Positions 1 to 12,789 of a stretch of DNA of 64,000 bases are shown piece by piece. Below the pieces are notes generated by a model. That model worked only from the letters and a program-made list of their open reading frames with translations. It was not told the origin of the DNA and searched no databases. The stretch's first letter is position 1; every line of letters begins with the position of its first letter. The stretch lies in contig NC_086097.1 of assembly GCF_963921235.1 (NCBI RefSeq), positions 97,776,001-97,840,000 on the forward strand. The letters run 5' to 3'. This DNA is from Mobula hypostoma. Lineage: Eukaryota. The position numbers were made by a program, and so were the translations under genes.

Positions 1-3000
1 AGGAGTTGGTGCAGGGAGCAGGGTTTTAGGTTTTTAGATCATTGGGATCTCTTTTGGGGAAGGTGGGACCTGTACAGATTGGATGGGTTGCACCTGAACT
101 CGAGGGGGAGCAATATCCTTGCAGGTAGGTTTGCTAGCATGGTTCAGGAGGGTTTAAACTAATTTGCGAGGGGGATGGGACCCAGAGCGATAGAGCAGTG
201 AAAGAAGTGCATGGAGTAAAGCCAGATCTAACATATAGAGAGGCTTTGAGGAAAGAGAAGCAGAATAAACGGTGTAAAGACAGTAAGGTAGAAGGGCTGA
301 AATGTGTGTACCTCAATGCAAGAAGCATCAGGAACAAAGGTGATGAACTGAGAGCTTGGATACATACATGGAATTATGATGTAATGGCCATTACAGAGAC
401 TTGGCTGGCACCAGGGCAGGAATGGATTCTCAATATTCCTGGATTTCAGTGCTTTAAAAGGGATAGAGAGAGCAGAAAAAGGGGAGGAGGGGTGGCATTA
501 CTGGTCAGGGATACTATTACAGCTACAGAAAGGGTGGGTAATGTAGCAGGATCCTCTTTTGAGTCAATATGGGTGGAAGTCAGGAACAGGAAGGGAGCAG
601 TTACTCTATTGGGGGTATTCTATAGGCTCCCTGGTAGCAGCAGGGATACAGAGGAGCAGATTGGGAGGCAGATTTTGGAAAGGTGCAAAAATAACAGGCT
701 TGTTATCATGGGTGACTTTAACTTCCCTGATACTGATTGGCACCTGATTAGTTCCAAGGGTTTAGATGGGGCAGAGTTTGTTAAGTGTGTCCAGGACGGA
801 TTCCTGTCACAGTATGTGGACAGGCCGACCAGGGGGAATGCCATACTAGATCTAAAACTAGGTAATGAACCGGGTCAGGTCACAGATTTCTCAGTGGGTG
901 AGCATCTGGGGGGCAGTGACCACCGCTCCCTGCCCTTTGGCATTATCATGGAAAAGGATAGAATCAGAGAGGACAGAAAAATTTTTAATTGGGGAAAGGC
1001 AAATTATGAGGCTATTAGGCTAGAACTTGCGGGTGTGAATTGGAATGATGTTTTTGCAGGGAAATGTACTATGGACATGTGGTCGATGTTTAGAGATCTC
1101 TTGCGGGATGTTAGGGATAAATTTGTCCCGGTGAGGAAGATAAAGAATAGTAGGGTGAAGGAACCATGGGTGACAAGTGAGGTGGAAACTCTAGTCCGGT
1201 GGAAGAAGGCAGCATACATGAGGTTTAGGAAGCAAGGGGGATCAGATGGGTCTATTGAGGAATATAGGGAAGCAAGAAAGGAGCTTAAGAAGGGGCTGAG
1301 AAGAGCAAGAAGGGGGCATGAGAAGGCCTTGGTGAGTAGGGTAAAGGAAAACCCCAAGGCATTCTTCAATTATGTGAAGAAGAAAAGGATGACAGGAGTG
1401 AAGGTAGGACCGATTAGAGATAAAGGTGGGAAGATGTGCCTGGAGGCTGTGGAAGTGAGCGAGGTCCTCAATGAATACTTCTCTTCGGTATTCACCAATG
1501 AGAGGGAACTTGATGGTGAGGACAATATGAGTGAGGTTGATGTTCCGGAGCATGTTGATATTAAGGGAGAGGAGGTGTTGGAGTTGTTAAAATACATTAG
1601 GACAGATAAGTCCCCGGGGCCTGACAGAATATTCCCCAGGCTGCTCCATGAGGCGAGAGAAGAGATTGCTGAGCCTCTGGCTAGGATCTTTATGTCCTCG
1701 TTGTCCACGGGAATGGTACCGGAGGATTGGAGGGAGGCGAATGTTGTCCCCTTGTTCAAAAAAGGTAGTAGGGATAGTCTGGGTAATTATAGACCAGTGA
1801 GCCTTACGTCTGTGGTGGGAAAGCTGTTGGAAAAGATTCTTAGAGATAGGATCTATAGGCATTTAGAGAATCATGGTCTGATCAGGGACAGTCAGCATGG
1901 CTTTGTGAAGGGCAGATCATGTCTAACAAGCCTGATAGAGTTCTTTGAGGAGGTGACCAGGCATATAGATGAGGGTAGTGCAGTGGGTGTGATCTGTATA
2001 GATTTTAGTAAGGCATTTGACAAGGATCCACACGGTAGGCTTATTCAGAAAGTTAGAAGGCATGGAATCCAGGGAAGTTTGGCCAGGTGGATTCAGAATT
2101 GGCTTGCCTGCAGAAGGCAGAGGGTGGTGGTGGAGGGAGTACATTCAGATTGGAGGATTGTGACTAGTGGTGTCCCACAAGGATCTGTTCTGGGACCTCT
2201 ACTTTTTGTGATTTTTATTAACGACCTGGATGTGGGGGTAGAAGGGTGGGTTGGCAAGTTTGCAGATGACTCAAAGTGGTGTTGTAGATAGTGTAGAGGA
2301 TTGTCAAAGATTGCAGAGAGACATTGATAGGATGCAGGAGTGGGCTGAGAAGTGGCAGATGGAGTTCAACCTCAAGAAGTGTGAGGTGGTACACTTCGGA
2401 AGGACAAACTCCAAGGCAGAGTACAAAGTAAATGGCAGGATACTTGGTAGTGTGGAGGAGCAGAGGGGATCTTGGGGTACATGTCCACAGATCCCTGAAA
2501 GTTGCCTCACAGGTGGATAGGGTAGTTAAGAAAGCTTATGGGGTGTTAACTTTCATAAGTCGAGGGATAGAGTTTAAGAGTCGCGGTGTAGTGATGCAGC
2601 TCTATAAAACTCTGGTTAGGCCACACTTGGAGTACTGTGTCCAGTTCTGGTCACCTCACTAAAGGAAGGATGTGGAAGCATTGGCAAGGGTACAGAGGAG
2701 ATTTACCAGGATGCTGCCTGGTTTAGAAAGTATGCATTATGATCAGAGATTAAGGGAGCTAGGGCTTTACTCTTTGGAGAGAAGGAGGATGAGAGGAGAC
2801 ATGATAGAGGTGTACAAGATATTAAGAGGAATAGATAGAGTGGACAGCCAGTGCCTCTTCCCCAGGGCACCACTGCTCAATACAAGAGGACATGGCTTTA
2901 AGGTAAGGGGTGGGAAGTTCAAGAGGGATATTAGGGGAAGGTTTTTTACTCAGAGAGTGGTTGGTGCGTGGAATACACTGCCTGAGTCAGTGGTGGAGGC

Positions 3001-3101
3001 AGATACACTAGTGAAGTTTAAGAGACTACTAGACAGGTATATGGAGGAATTTAAGGTGGGGCTTATATGGGAGGCAGAGTTTGAGGGTCAGCGCAACATT
3101 G
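1..3101 (+). mobile_element. CR1 LINE, long young copy: end of ORF1 (esterase-like, 1-162) + ORF2 (APE endonuclease + RT), disrupted
   Basis: ORF1 end ...WDLYRLDGLHLN...*; ORF2 198-2291 with [31 protein letters not shown]; frameshifts near 2270 and 2465, stop at 2660; no 3' tail. Confidence 0.95.
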
Positions 3102-3444
3102 TGGATCCGTGTTGATGAATTTGGTTGGTGGTTGAGAACATTTAAGAAGTGAAAGCCTTTAGAGCAAGTGGAAGGCTGCCCCTTTGTTTAGGATTCTCAA
3201 ACATATATGTTCCATTTAATGCATTTTTGCTCTTGCTCCCTCTTCTGCCCAGAGTAAGGATAGCTTTCTCTCGTCTTCCACTAGCAACTTCCACACTCAG
3301 TGGATTGTCATTTGTAATTTCTGTCATCTTCGGGATGGTGTCACCTGCAAACACCCAGTCCGCACCAAAACTCATTCCTGTCTACGTGGCACTTTCCCAT
3401 ACAACACCTGTCCCGAACCCTTTCACTCCCCAGTGACATGAGGA

Positions 3445-3670
3445 GTCCTTCCAGGGTAAAGCATCATTCACTTGTATTACATACCAATTTGGTGCTCGTG
3501 ATGTGGTGTCCTCTATAATGTAGAAACCAGATATAAATGGGATAATCGCCCTGTGGAAATCCCGACTCAGTCCACAGAGTATAACTTTTCAGTTAGTTAT
3601 TTTTCCCTGGTACTTCCACTCTGAGCTCTTGGTCTTTGGCTTCTTGGATAGTAGCGACAAAGCCCAGCAT
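3445..3670 (+). mobile_element. degenerate Penelope-like GIY-YIG endonuclease fragment
   Basis: decayed SFQ..HFTC...CGVLYxxET..R..-type sequence typical of Penelope-like endonuclease domains. Confidence 0.45.
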
Positions 3671-4059
3671 AAACTCAATCAAATTTAATATCACTGGCAT
3701 ATGCCATGAAATTTGTTGTGTTGCGGCAGCAGTGCATTGTAGTGCAAAAGAAACGTGAGGTGGTGTGCATGGTTCATTGTCCATTCAGAAATCTAATGGT
3801 GGAAGAAGAGAAGCTGTTCCTGAAGTACTGAATGTGTGTAGCCAGAGTCTTTTCCCAGGAATGGGGAGTTCTAAACTAGAGGGCATAGCTACACGGCATG
3901 AGGGGAGAGATTTAAAAGAGAGGACGGTGAGCTGCCAGACAAAGGGGTTGAGACAGGTACAACTGCAACACTTAAAAGGGATGTGGATAAATACAAAAAG
4001 GAGAGCGGATTGGAAATTTTTGGACAACAGGAACTAACAGGAAGGATTTTTTTCAAGTT

Positions 4060-4860
4060 CAACTTTTTATTATTATTTATTCTTATTTTACAAAGCAGTG
4101 CAGCATATCACAGAGCAGATACAGTACAGCATATTTACACAGCCATCCCATGACAGGAAAACAAATAAAACTTAGAGACAGAAAGAAGTTCTAATTTAAG
4201 TTTAAATTAACATACAACCAAAATTGATCCCACGCGTCTTGCACTTTTCCCTCACTGTTAATTCTTCCCAACATGTGTTCATATGATGAAATCGTAATCA
4301 TTTCTTCAGTCCATTCCTTCACAGTGGGACATCTGTTTTTTTCCAGTTTTGCAATATAATTCTTGCAATTGTGATAAGAACCACCTTTAAAATAGTGAAC
4401 TTGTCATTGTTTACATTAGATATCATTGTCCTATCATCCAGGAGACAAAGCCATGGGCACAATGGCAGCGTGCAACCTGACCAACTCTCCAACAAATCAA
4501 GAACTTTACACCAAAATGGACGAACCGTGGAACACTCCCAAATTATGTGAAAATATGTGTCCACCTCATTCTTATATTTCCAGCATAAATTATTATCAAC
4601 AATCCCCATTTTGTACAGTCTAGTTGGTATCCAATAATATCTGTGTACTATCTTATACTGAATAAATTTCCCTCTCGTTTCCCTAATATGTCTATCCACA
4701 TTTGATAAAATATTTAGACTACTCATTATCTTCAATATCACTTCCAAGATCCTTCTGCCATACTGCTTTGAGATTGTTACACGATTCACCCACAGAGTGC
4801 TTGGACATTTTATAAAACACTGATGCTTTGTGAACTTCCTGTGGTAATGTAAAGTATTCA
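4060..4860 (-). mobile_element. L1-clade LINE 3' fragment (ORF2 C-terminal Cys-rich region)
   Basis: QYKIVHRYYWIPTRL...LCWK...FHIIWEC...PFW motif; A-rich tail near 4065-4090. Confidence 0.8.
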
Positions 4861-4934
4861 GTTAAAGCAGGAAGGATTTTGTGGTTGGCCAGGACCAGTT
4901 GGGCTGAAAGATCTGTTACTCTATGACCTTAACA

Positions 4935-5375
4935 TTCCTGTACCTCCTCCTCGATGGAAGGCATGTCCTGAATGACAGATGCTGCCTTTTGAAGGTGCGC
5001 TTGATCCTGGGGAGCCTAGTGCCCATGATGGAGCTGGCTGAGAGTCTTCGGTGATATACCAATTCTCAAACTCCTAATGAAATATAGCCACTGTCGTGCC
5101 TTCTCTGTAATTGTACAGTATCTATATGTTGGGCCCAGGACAGATCCTCAGAGATGCTGACACTCAGGAACTCAATACTGCTCACCTTTTCCACTTCTGG
5201 TTCCTTGATGAGGACTGATGTGTGTTTCCTCGACTTCCCCTTCCTGAAGTCCACAATCAATTCTTTGGTCTTACTGATGCTGAATACATTATTGTTGCAA
5301 CACCACTCAAAAAGCTGATCTATCTCACTCCTGTACACCACCTCATCACCATCTGAAATTCTGTCAACAATAGGC
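4935..5375 (-). mobile_element. Rex1/Babar (L2-group) LINE RT fragment
   Basis: GDEVVYRSEI..L.EWC.NN...SKTKELIVDFRK...SEDLSW. Confidence 0.75.
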
Positions 5376-5821
5376 AACATGCTCGAACGGCATTTTCTGA
5401 TGCAGCCTAATGCAATGCTCAGAGCTCAGCATTGAATTTTGGAATTTCAAATAAGCTGTCTTTCCACTTTCTGACAACTGGTTGGTTTTCATGCAAGAGC
5501 ACCAACCTGTAATATTAATTCAGTTGTTTTTCTTTCTGTGTGAACGTTGCCTGCCCTACTGAGTATTTCCGTGTTCATGTAAATTTTAATTTTGCCAAAT
5601 ATGCAGTGTCCTGTATTGCAAGGTTGTAACTTTTTTTTCTCCTTGCAACTCACTCATCTCTTTATAGCTCCAGACACAATAGACAAAGCATAGAAAGATA
5701 AGATCCTACCACTGGCAAATGATAGATGGGTAAAATATTTGGTATTGGCTTGGTAGAACAAAGGGTGCACAACAATAACTGTATCTGAAAAAGAATCTAG
5801 TGCTTTCCTGGTGTATATGAT

Positions 5822-6092
5822 GAATAAACTCTACTTGGGCTTCAAGCTGGGTACAGATATCGATTATAACTGATGTTTTGATAAAAAAAACTCTGCCATC
5901 TTCTTCAGGGATGATGCCTGGGCAAGTATGGTATTTATACCCTGTATTCCGATCCTCCTGATTGGTTAGTCCTCATCCAATCAGGATTTTGCTCTCCCAC
6001 CTTGTTTACAATTGAATTCCAGTTCTTACTTGGAGGAAGACCTTTGTTTTTGTTAAAATTCTTTTCCTCTAGTTTTATTTCAAAGGCTTCCT
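5822..6092 (-). mobile_element. Penelope-like element 3' end/pLTR (second family) with decayed hammerhead motif
   Basis: minus strand reads EAFEIKLEEKNFNKNKGLPPSKNWNSI (Penelope ORF end), then TATAAAT and CTGAAGA-A-GAT..ATC-AAAACATC at 5912-5868. Confidence 0.6.
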
Positions 6093-6344
6093 GGGAGTGA
6101 AGAACAATTCCTAGGTTTGTATCCCTAGGTTTTACTTTTTACACTGGTTTTACTTTCCAAAGTGTATCTCCTCACACTTATCAATATTAAAATCTATACG
6201 CCACTCCTTGGCCCACCTCCCTGGCTGTTTCAGCATCCCCCTGTAATTTACTATAACCCTCTTCACTAACAACACCTCCCAATTTTAATGTCATCTGCCA
6301 ACATGTTGATCAAGCTTTGTACATTTGTATCCAAATATAAATAT

Positions 6345-8508
6345 ACTAAATCCCATCTCCTCATTGAAGGAACACTCCACTGCATTGTGTGGCACTACCA
6401 CCGTGCTAAATAGGATAGACTTCGAACAGATCTAGCAGCTCAAGGCTGGGCATCTATGAGGCGCTGTTGGCCATTAGCAGCAGCAGAATTGTACTCAACT
6501 ACAATCTGTAACCTCATGGCCCGGCATATCCCCCCACTCTAACATCACCACCAGGCCAGGGGATCAACCCTGGTTCAATGAAGAGTGCAGGAGGGCACGC
6601 TGAGAACACCAGACATACCTCAATATGAAGCATCACCCTGATGAAGTCACAGTTCAGGACTACTTGCATGCCAAATACCATAAGCAGCAAGTATTACAGA
6701 GCTAAATGATCCCACAACCAATGGATCAGATCTAAGCTCTGTAGTCCTGCCACATCCAAACAACTCACTGGTGGAGGAGGCTTCGCAAATATCCCCATCC
6801 TCAATGATAGAGGACCCAGTACACCTGTGCAAAAGATAAGGCTGAGGCATTTGCAACAACCTTCAGTCAGAAGGGAAGAGTAGTTGATCCAGCTTGGCCT
6901 CCTCCAGAAGTCCCCAGCATCCCAGATGTCTGTATGTAGCCAATCCGATTCACTCCATGTGATGTCAAGAAACAGCTGAAAGCGCTGCATACTGCAAAGT
7001 CTATGGGCCCAGACAAATTCCTGGCAATAATCCTGAAGACTTGTGCTTCAGAACTTGCTGCGCTGTTTCAGTACAGCAACACTGCCATCTACTGAGCAAT
7101 CTGGAACATTGCCCAGGTATGTCCTGTACACAAGGAACAGGACAAGTCCAACCCAGCCAATTACCGCCCTATCAGCCTACTCTCAAACATCAGCAAAGTA
7201 ATGGAAGGGATCATCAACAGTGCTATCATGTAGCACCTACTCAGCAATAACCTGCTTACGGATGTTTAGTTCGGGTTCCATCAAGGCCGCTCAGCTCCTG
7301 ACCTTATCACCTCCTTGGTCCAAACATGGACCAAAGGGCTAAATACCAGTGGTAAGGTGAGTGTGATAGCCCTCAACACCAAGGCAGCATTTGACTGAGT
7401 ATGGCATCAAGGTGCCCTCGCTAAAATAGAGTCGATGGGAATTAGGGGAAAGCCCTCCGCCGGTTGGAATCATACCTGACACAAAGGTGGTTGGAGGTCA
7501 GTCATCTCATCCTCAGGACATCACTGCAGGAGTTCCTCAGGGAAGTGTCCTAGGACCAATCATCTTCAGCTGCTTCATCAATGACCTTCCTTCCGTCATA
7601 AGGACAGAAATGGGGATGTTCGCAGAAAACTGCACAATGTTCTGCACCATTTGTGACTCCTCAGATAGTGAAGCAGTTCTTTCCCAAATGCAGCAGGTCC
7701 TGGACAATATCCAGGCTTGGGCTGACAATTGGCAAGTAACATTTCAGCCACACAAGAGTCAAGCACTGACCATCTCCAACAAGAGAGGCTCTAACCATCG
7801 TCCCTTGACATTCAGTGGCATCACCGTCACTGAATCCCCTACAATCAACATCCTGGGGGTTACCATTGACAGGAAACAGAACTGGTCTAGCCATATAAAC
7901 ACCATGGCTACCAGACCAGACCAAAGGCTAGGAATCCTGTGGCATGTAACTCACCTCCTGACTCCCCAAAGCCTGTCCACCATCTACAAGGCTCAGGTCA
8001 GGAGTGTAATGGAATACTCACCACTCACCTGGATGAGCGCAGCTCCATCTACACTCAGGATGCTTGACACCATTCAGTACAAGGCAGCCCACTTGATTGG
8101 TACCCCTTCCACAAGCATCCAATCCCTCCACCATTGACAAACAAGATGCAGTCCAACAGCACACCAAATTTCCTAAGGCAGCACCTTCCAGACTCACAAC
8201 CACTGTCATCTAGAAAGACAAGTACAGCAGATACCTGGGAACACCACCACTTGGAAATCCACCTCCAAGGCACTCACCATCCTGACTTGGAAACATATCG
8301 CCGTTCCTTCATCGTTGTTGGATCAAAATCATGGAATTCCCTCCCTAACAACACTGTGGGTGTACCTGTACCTCAGGGACTGCCGTGGTTCAAGAAGGCA
8401 GCTCATCACCACCTTCTGAAGGGCAACTAGGGATGGGCAATAAATGCCGGCTTAGCTGCTGACGCCCACATCCCGTGAATGAATATAAATAAACAAATAA
8501 ATAAATAA
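6345..8508 (+). mobile_element. degenerate CR1/L2-group (Crack-like) LINE
   Basis: [30 protein letters not shown] motifs with many stops; (TAAA)n tail. Confidence 0.8.
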
Positions 8509-8729
8509 TGGCTAAAAAGTATTCTAAAGCCAACCACTGTAGCGCAGAAACAGTCGCTAACCTCCATTCTGAGAAGAAAACCTTCAACCACCACTCTCTT
8601 GGAGCCAATGATCTTACAAGAATTAAAGCTCAAAAGAGCTAGAGCTGCAAGGATGTCAGATGGAGTGTATTTGTATCTTCAATTAATGAAAGTATGACTA
8701 CTTAACAATACCCACCACTGTCCTTGGAT

Positions 8730-9115
8730 TTGTTCATTCGTTATGTGCCATGTCGTATGACGTCTCGTGGGTGATATTGGTCTCCATGATCATGATTGTT
8801 CTTGGCAAATTTTGCTACAGAAGTGGTTTGCTGTTGCCTTCTTCTAGACAGTGTCCTTACAAGATAGTTGAACCCAGCCATTTTCAATACTCTTCCAAGA
8901 TGGTCTGCCTGGTGTCAGTGGTCACATAACCAGGACTTGTGATATACACTGGTTGCTTGTACAGCCACCCACCACCTGCTCCCATGGCTTCGTGTGACCC
9001 TGACTGGGAGCTAAGCTGGTGCTACACCTTGTCCAAGGATGGCCTGCAGGATAGCAGAGCCAAGGAGCGCCTAACACCGCCTTTGATGGAGACAAATCTC
9101 CAGCCAGCCACCCTA
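8730..9115 (-). mobile_element. short interspersed repeat with RTE-like 3' end (copy 1)
   Basis: clearly similar to 35280-35580; minus strand has gaaggcaacagcaaaccacttc...ttgccaaga, resembling RTE/Sauria-type tails. Confidence 0.55.
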
Positions 9116-9411
9116 TGTCCTTGGATTACCTGCCTGAAGTACAGAAGCATGGGGCACTCATCCATGTGGTCTCTCCATTCCTGAGCTGCATTAGATTATT
9201 ATGTGATCATGTGTGAGAAATGCTTTGGAAAGGTAGGTCATCTCTAATAACAAGCTACTGGGTTGGTTACAACTACATATTCCTTATATAGCACTTTCAA
9301 ACATCTAACCCGGATTTCCACATTAGAAGAATCCGATATACATTCTAGAAATGAATTACAAAGAATATTTCAAAACTCCAAATCAATCTAAAAGAAAAGC
9401 ATGTTGTAATA

Positions 9412-9549
9412 AATACAAGAGATTCTGCAGATGCTGGAAATCCAGAGTATCACATACAAAATGCTGGAGGAACTCAACAAGTCTGGCAGCATCTATGAAG
9501 AGGAATGATCAGTTGACGTTTCAGGCCAAGACCCTTCATCAGAACTGAT
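9412..9549 (-). mobile_element. short Penelope-derived element with 11-bp target-site duplication
   Basis: family core aaatgctggaggaactcagcagg..cagcatctatg; ATGTTGTAATA at 9401-9411 and 9550-9560. Confidence 0.75.
9510..9547 (-). ncRNA. minimal type-I hammerhead ribozyme motif, intact core
   Basis: CAGTT-CTGATGA-AGGGTCTTGGCCT-GAAAC-GTC^AACTG: stem I CAGTT/AACTG, stem II, GAAA, palindromic ACGT stem III, GUC cleavage triplet. Confidence 0.75.
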
Positions 9550-10059
9550 ATGTTGTAATAGGTAATTGCATTTATGTTGTTTATTTTCTCCCTGGCTACT
9601 TTTTTTTTACTCAGTACTTAAACTTAACACAGAAAGGCTCAAAAGAAGGCCATTCAGTTTGTTTAAGTTTACCTGCACAGAAAGGTCTTGTCCACTTAAA
9701 TAATTCTGTTAAATAATTCTACATTTTCCTCAGCTACATTGTGTCCTACATTTGAGTTTCTCTTCATCAAAAATGGAAAAGCAGATAATCTTTTTAAAAC
9801 AACTCCAGATTAACTGTGAACAGCATTTGAATGATCAGCATTTACGTAAAAAGTACTTACTTAAAAAGGTACTAAATAGTCCCGTTAGATTTGTGAAACA
9901 ACCTGAGGATCACCTGTCATCAGGACCCAGTGGACCCAATATTACAGCTTGGTCTTGGTGAATGATAATTAGCCCCAGAAGAACTCAAAATAAATAATTC
10001 TTAAAGTTCTGTACTTTGTAAGAAGTAGTTTGAGTTGGAGTGACATGCAAGTAATTCAT

Positions 10060-10925
10060 TCATAAATCAAAGTGTTGAGATGTTATGGTGAGGTTGTATA
10101 AGACATTGGTGAGGCCAAATTTGGAGTACTGTGTGCAGTCCTGGTCACCTAACTATAGGAAGGATAAGGGGTAAGCCTAGGTAGTTCTAAGGTAAGGACA
10201 CATTTGGCACAGCTTTGTGGGTCGAAGGGCCTGTATTGTGCTGTATTAGTATCATTACTAATGCCTCCACAATCTCTTCAGCCACCCCTTTCAGAACCCT
10301 AGGGTATACACCATCTGGTCCAAGTGACTTACCTTTGAGTTTCCCAAGAACCTTCTTTCTAGTAGTGGTAACTTCACACACTTCATGACCTCTGACCCCT
10401 GGAACTTCCACCATACTTCTAGTGTCTTCCACAGTGAAGAATGATGCAAATAGTTATTCAGTTCATCCACCATTTCCTTGTCCGTCCCCCATTACTACCC
10501 CTCCATCATCGTTTCTTGCCTCCCTTTTACACTGTATGTATCTGAAGAAACTTTTGGTATCCTCTTTAATATTACAGTACTTACTTTCCTATTCCATCTT
10601 TACCTTTTTAATAATTTTTTTTAGTTGCCTTCTGTGGTACTTAAAAGCTTCCCAATCCTCTAACTTTCCACTAATTTTTGCCCTATTATATGCCCTCTCT
10701 TTGGCTTTTATGTTGGCTTTGACGTCTCTTGTTAGCCATGGTTGTGTGATCTTGCTTTTAGAATATTTCTTCCTCTTTGTGATGTACTTATCTTGCGCCT
10801 TCCAAATTGCTTCCAGAAATTCCAGCCATTGCTGCTCTGCCGTCATCCCTGTCAGTGCTCTTTTCCAAACAATTCTGGCCACTCCTCTCTCATGCCTCTG
10901 TAATTTCCTTTACTCCACTGTAATA
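10060..10925. mobile_element. rearranged CR1 fragments (+ strand 10060-10245; - strand 10245-10925)
   Basis: LYKTLVRP and KSLGPDG/QPWLT motifs. Confidence 0.75.
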
Positions 10926-12168
10926 CGGTGCCTATTAAAAATAATTAACCCCCCCCCTTGGAAGTTTTCATGTTTTATTGCTTTACAACATTGAACAACA
11001 ATGGATTTAATTTGGCTTTTTTGACACTAATTATCAGAAAAAGACTCTTTTGTGTCAAAGGGAAAACAGATCTCTACAAAGTGATCTAAATTAATTACAA
11101 ATATAAAACAAAATAATTGATTGCATAAGTATTCACTCCCTTCAAGTCAGTATTTAGTAGATGCACCTTTGACAGCAATTTCAACCTTGAGTCTGTGTGG
11201 ATAGGTCTCTATCAGCTTTGCACATCTGGTCACTACAATTTTTACCCATTCTTCTTTACAAAACTGCTGAAGTTCTACCTGATTGCATGGGGATCATGAA
11301 TGAATAGCCTTTTTCAAGTCCAGCCACAAATTCTCAATTGGATTGAGGTTTAGACTCTGACATGGCCACTCCAGGACTTTATCTTTGTTGTTTTTAAGCC
11401 ATTCCTGTGTAGCTTTGGCTTTATGCTTGGGGTCATTGTCTTGCTGGAAAACAAATCTTCTCCCAAGTTGCAGTTCTCTTGCAGACTTCATCAAGTTTTC
11501 CTCCAGAATTTCTTTGTATTTTGTATCTCCTCCAGAGTTGTCATAGGTCTCTTGTTGACCTCTCTCACTAGTCCCCTTCTTGCATGGTCACTCAGTTTTT
11601 GAGGACGGCATGCTGCAGGCAGATTTACAGCTGTGCCATATTCTTTCCATTTCTTGATGATTGACTTAACTGTTTTCCAAGGGATAGTCAGTGACTTGGA
11701 AATTTTCTTGTATCCATCTCCTGACTTGTGCTTTTCAATAACATTTTCACGGAGTTGCTTGGAGTGTTCTTTTGTCTTCATGGTGTAGTTTTTGCCAGGA
11801 TACTGACTACCAGCAGTTGGACCTTCCAGATACAGGTGTATTTTACTACAATCAATTGAAATACCTTACCTGTACACAGGTGATCTCCACTTAACTAATT
11901 ATGCGACTTCTAAACCAATTTGCTGCGCCAGTGATGATTTGGTGTGTCATATTAAAGGGGGTAAATACTTATGCAATCAATTATTTTGTGTTTTATATTT
12001 GTAATTAGTCTAGATCACATTGTAGAGATCTGTTTTCACCTTGACATGAAAGTCTTTTTCTGTTGATCAGTGTCAGAAAAGCCAAATTAAATCCATTGTG
12101 GTTCAATATTGTAAAACAATAAAACATGAAAACTTCCAAGGGGGGTTAATTACTTTTTATAGGCACTG
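10926..12168 (-). mobile_element. Tc1/mariner DNA transposon, internally deleted
   Basis: TA on both flanks; ~200-bp imperfect terminal inverted repeats (C(A/G)GTGCCTAT...); transposase HTH part MKTKEHSKQLRE (11781-11527) fused to DDE end FQQDNDPKH...[16 protein letters not shown]. Confidence 0.92.
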
Positions 12169-12170
12169 TA

Positions 12171-12660
12171 TGGACCAAGACTTCTGGCTGCTCAGCCTTG
12201 CCCTTGAGAATGCCATGGACATGATCCAAGACACCCCTGATCCTGGCACCAGGGAGGCAACGTACCATCTGGCTATCTGTGTCACACCGACAGAACCTCA
12301 CTTCTGTTCTTCTTACTCAGCAATCTCCTATCAATACTGCAGTCCTCTTCACCTCTCTGCCCTCCTGAGCCACAGCACTAGACTCCGTGCCAGAGACCCG
12401 GTCACAGGGGCTCTCCCCACCCCTGGTAGGTCATCTGCTTCAATAGTATCTAAAGTTAGATACTTAATTATTGAGGGAAATGGCCACAGGTGTACTCTGC
12501 ACTGGCTGTGCATTTTCCCTGTAGCTCCTGTCTATCACCTCCTCATTGTCCCGTGTGAATCGAAGGTCATCGATCTGCAGCTCCAGTTCCTTAATACGTT
12601 CTCTCAGGAGTTGCAACTCAGTGCACCTGATGCAGGTGTTTTTACCTGAGAGACTGGAGA
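12171..12660 (-). mobile_element. CR1 ORF1 (esterase-like) fragment
   Basis: minus strand MVRCLPGARI..V.GILKG..EQPEVLVH. Confidence 0.65.
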
Positions 12661-12789
12661 TACAGAAAACTGCCCCAGAGCCATTCTCACTACACTATGC
12701 ACTAATAGATGAGGAATGAACAAATAATAAGAGAGAGAGAGTAGCTTACACAACAATCTACCTCACCCTAGCCTGGTGGGCCAAAGAGG

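Noticed and set aside
198..3115. Intact or domesticated reverse transcriptase gene
   Set aside because: Frameshift right after FADD plus further lesions; an ordinary dead CR1 copy.
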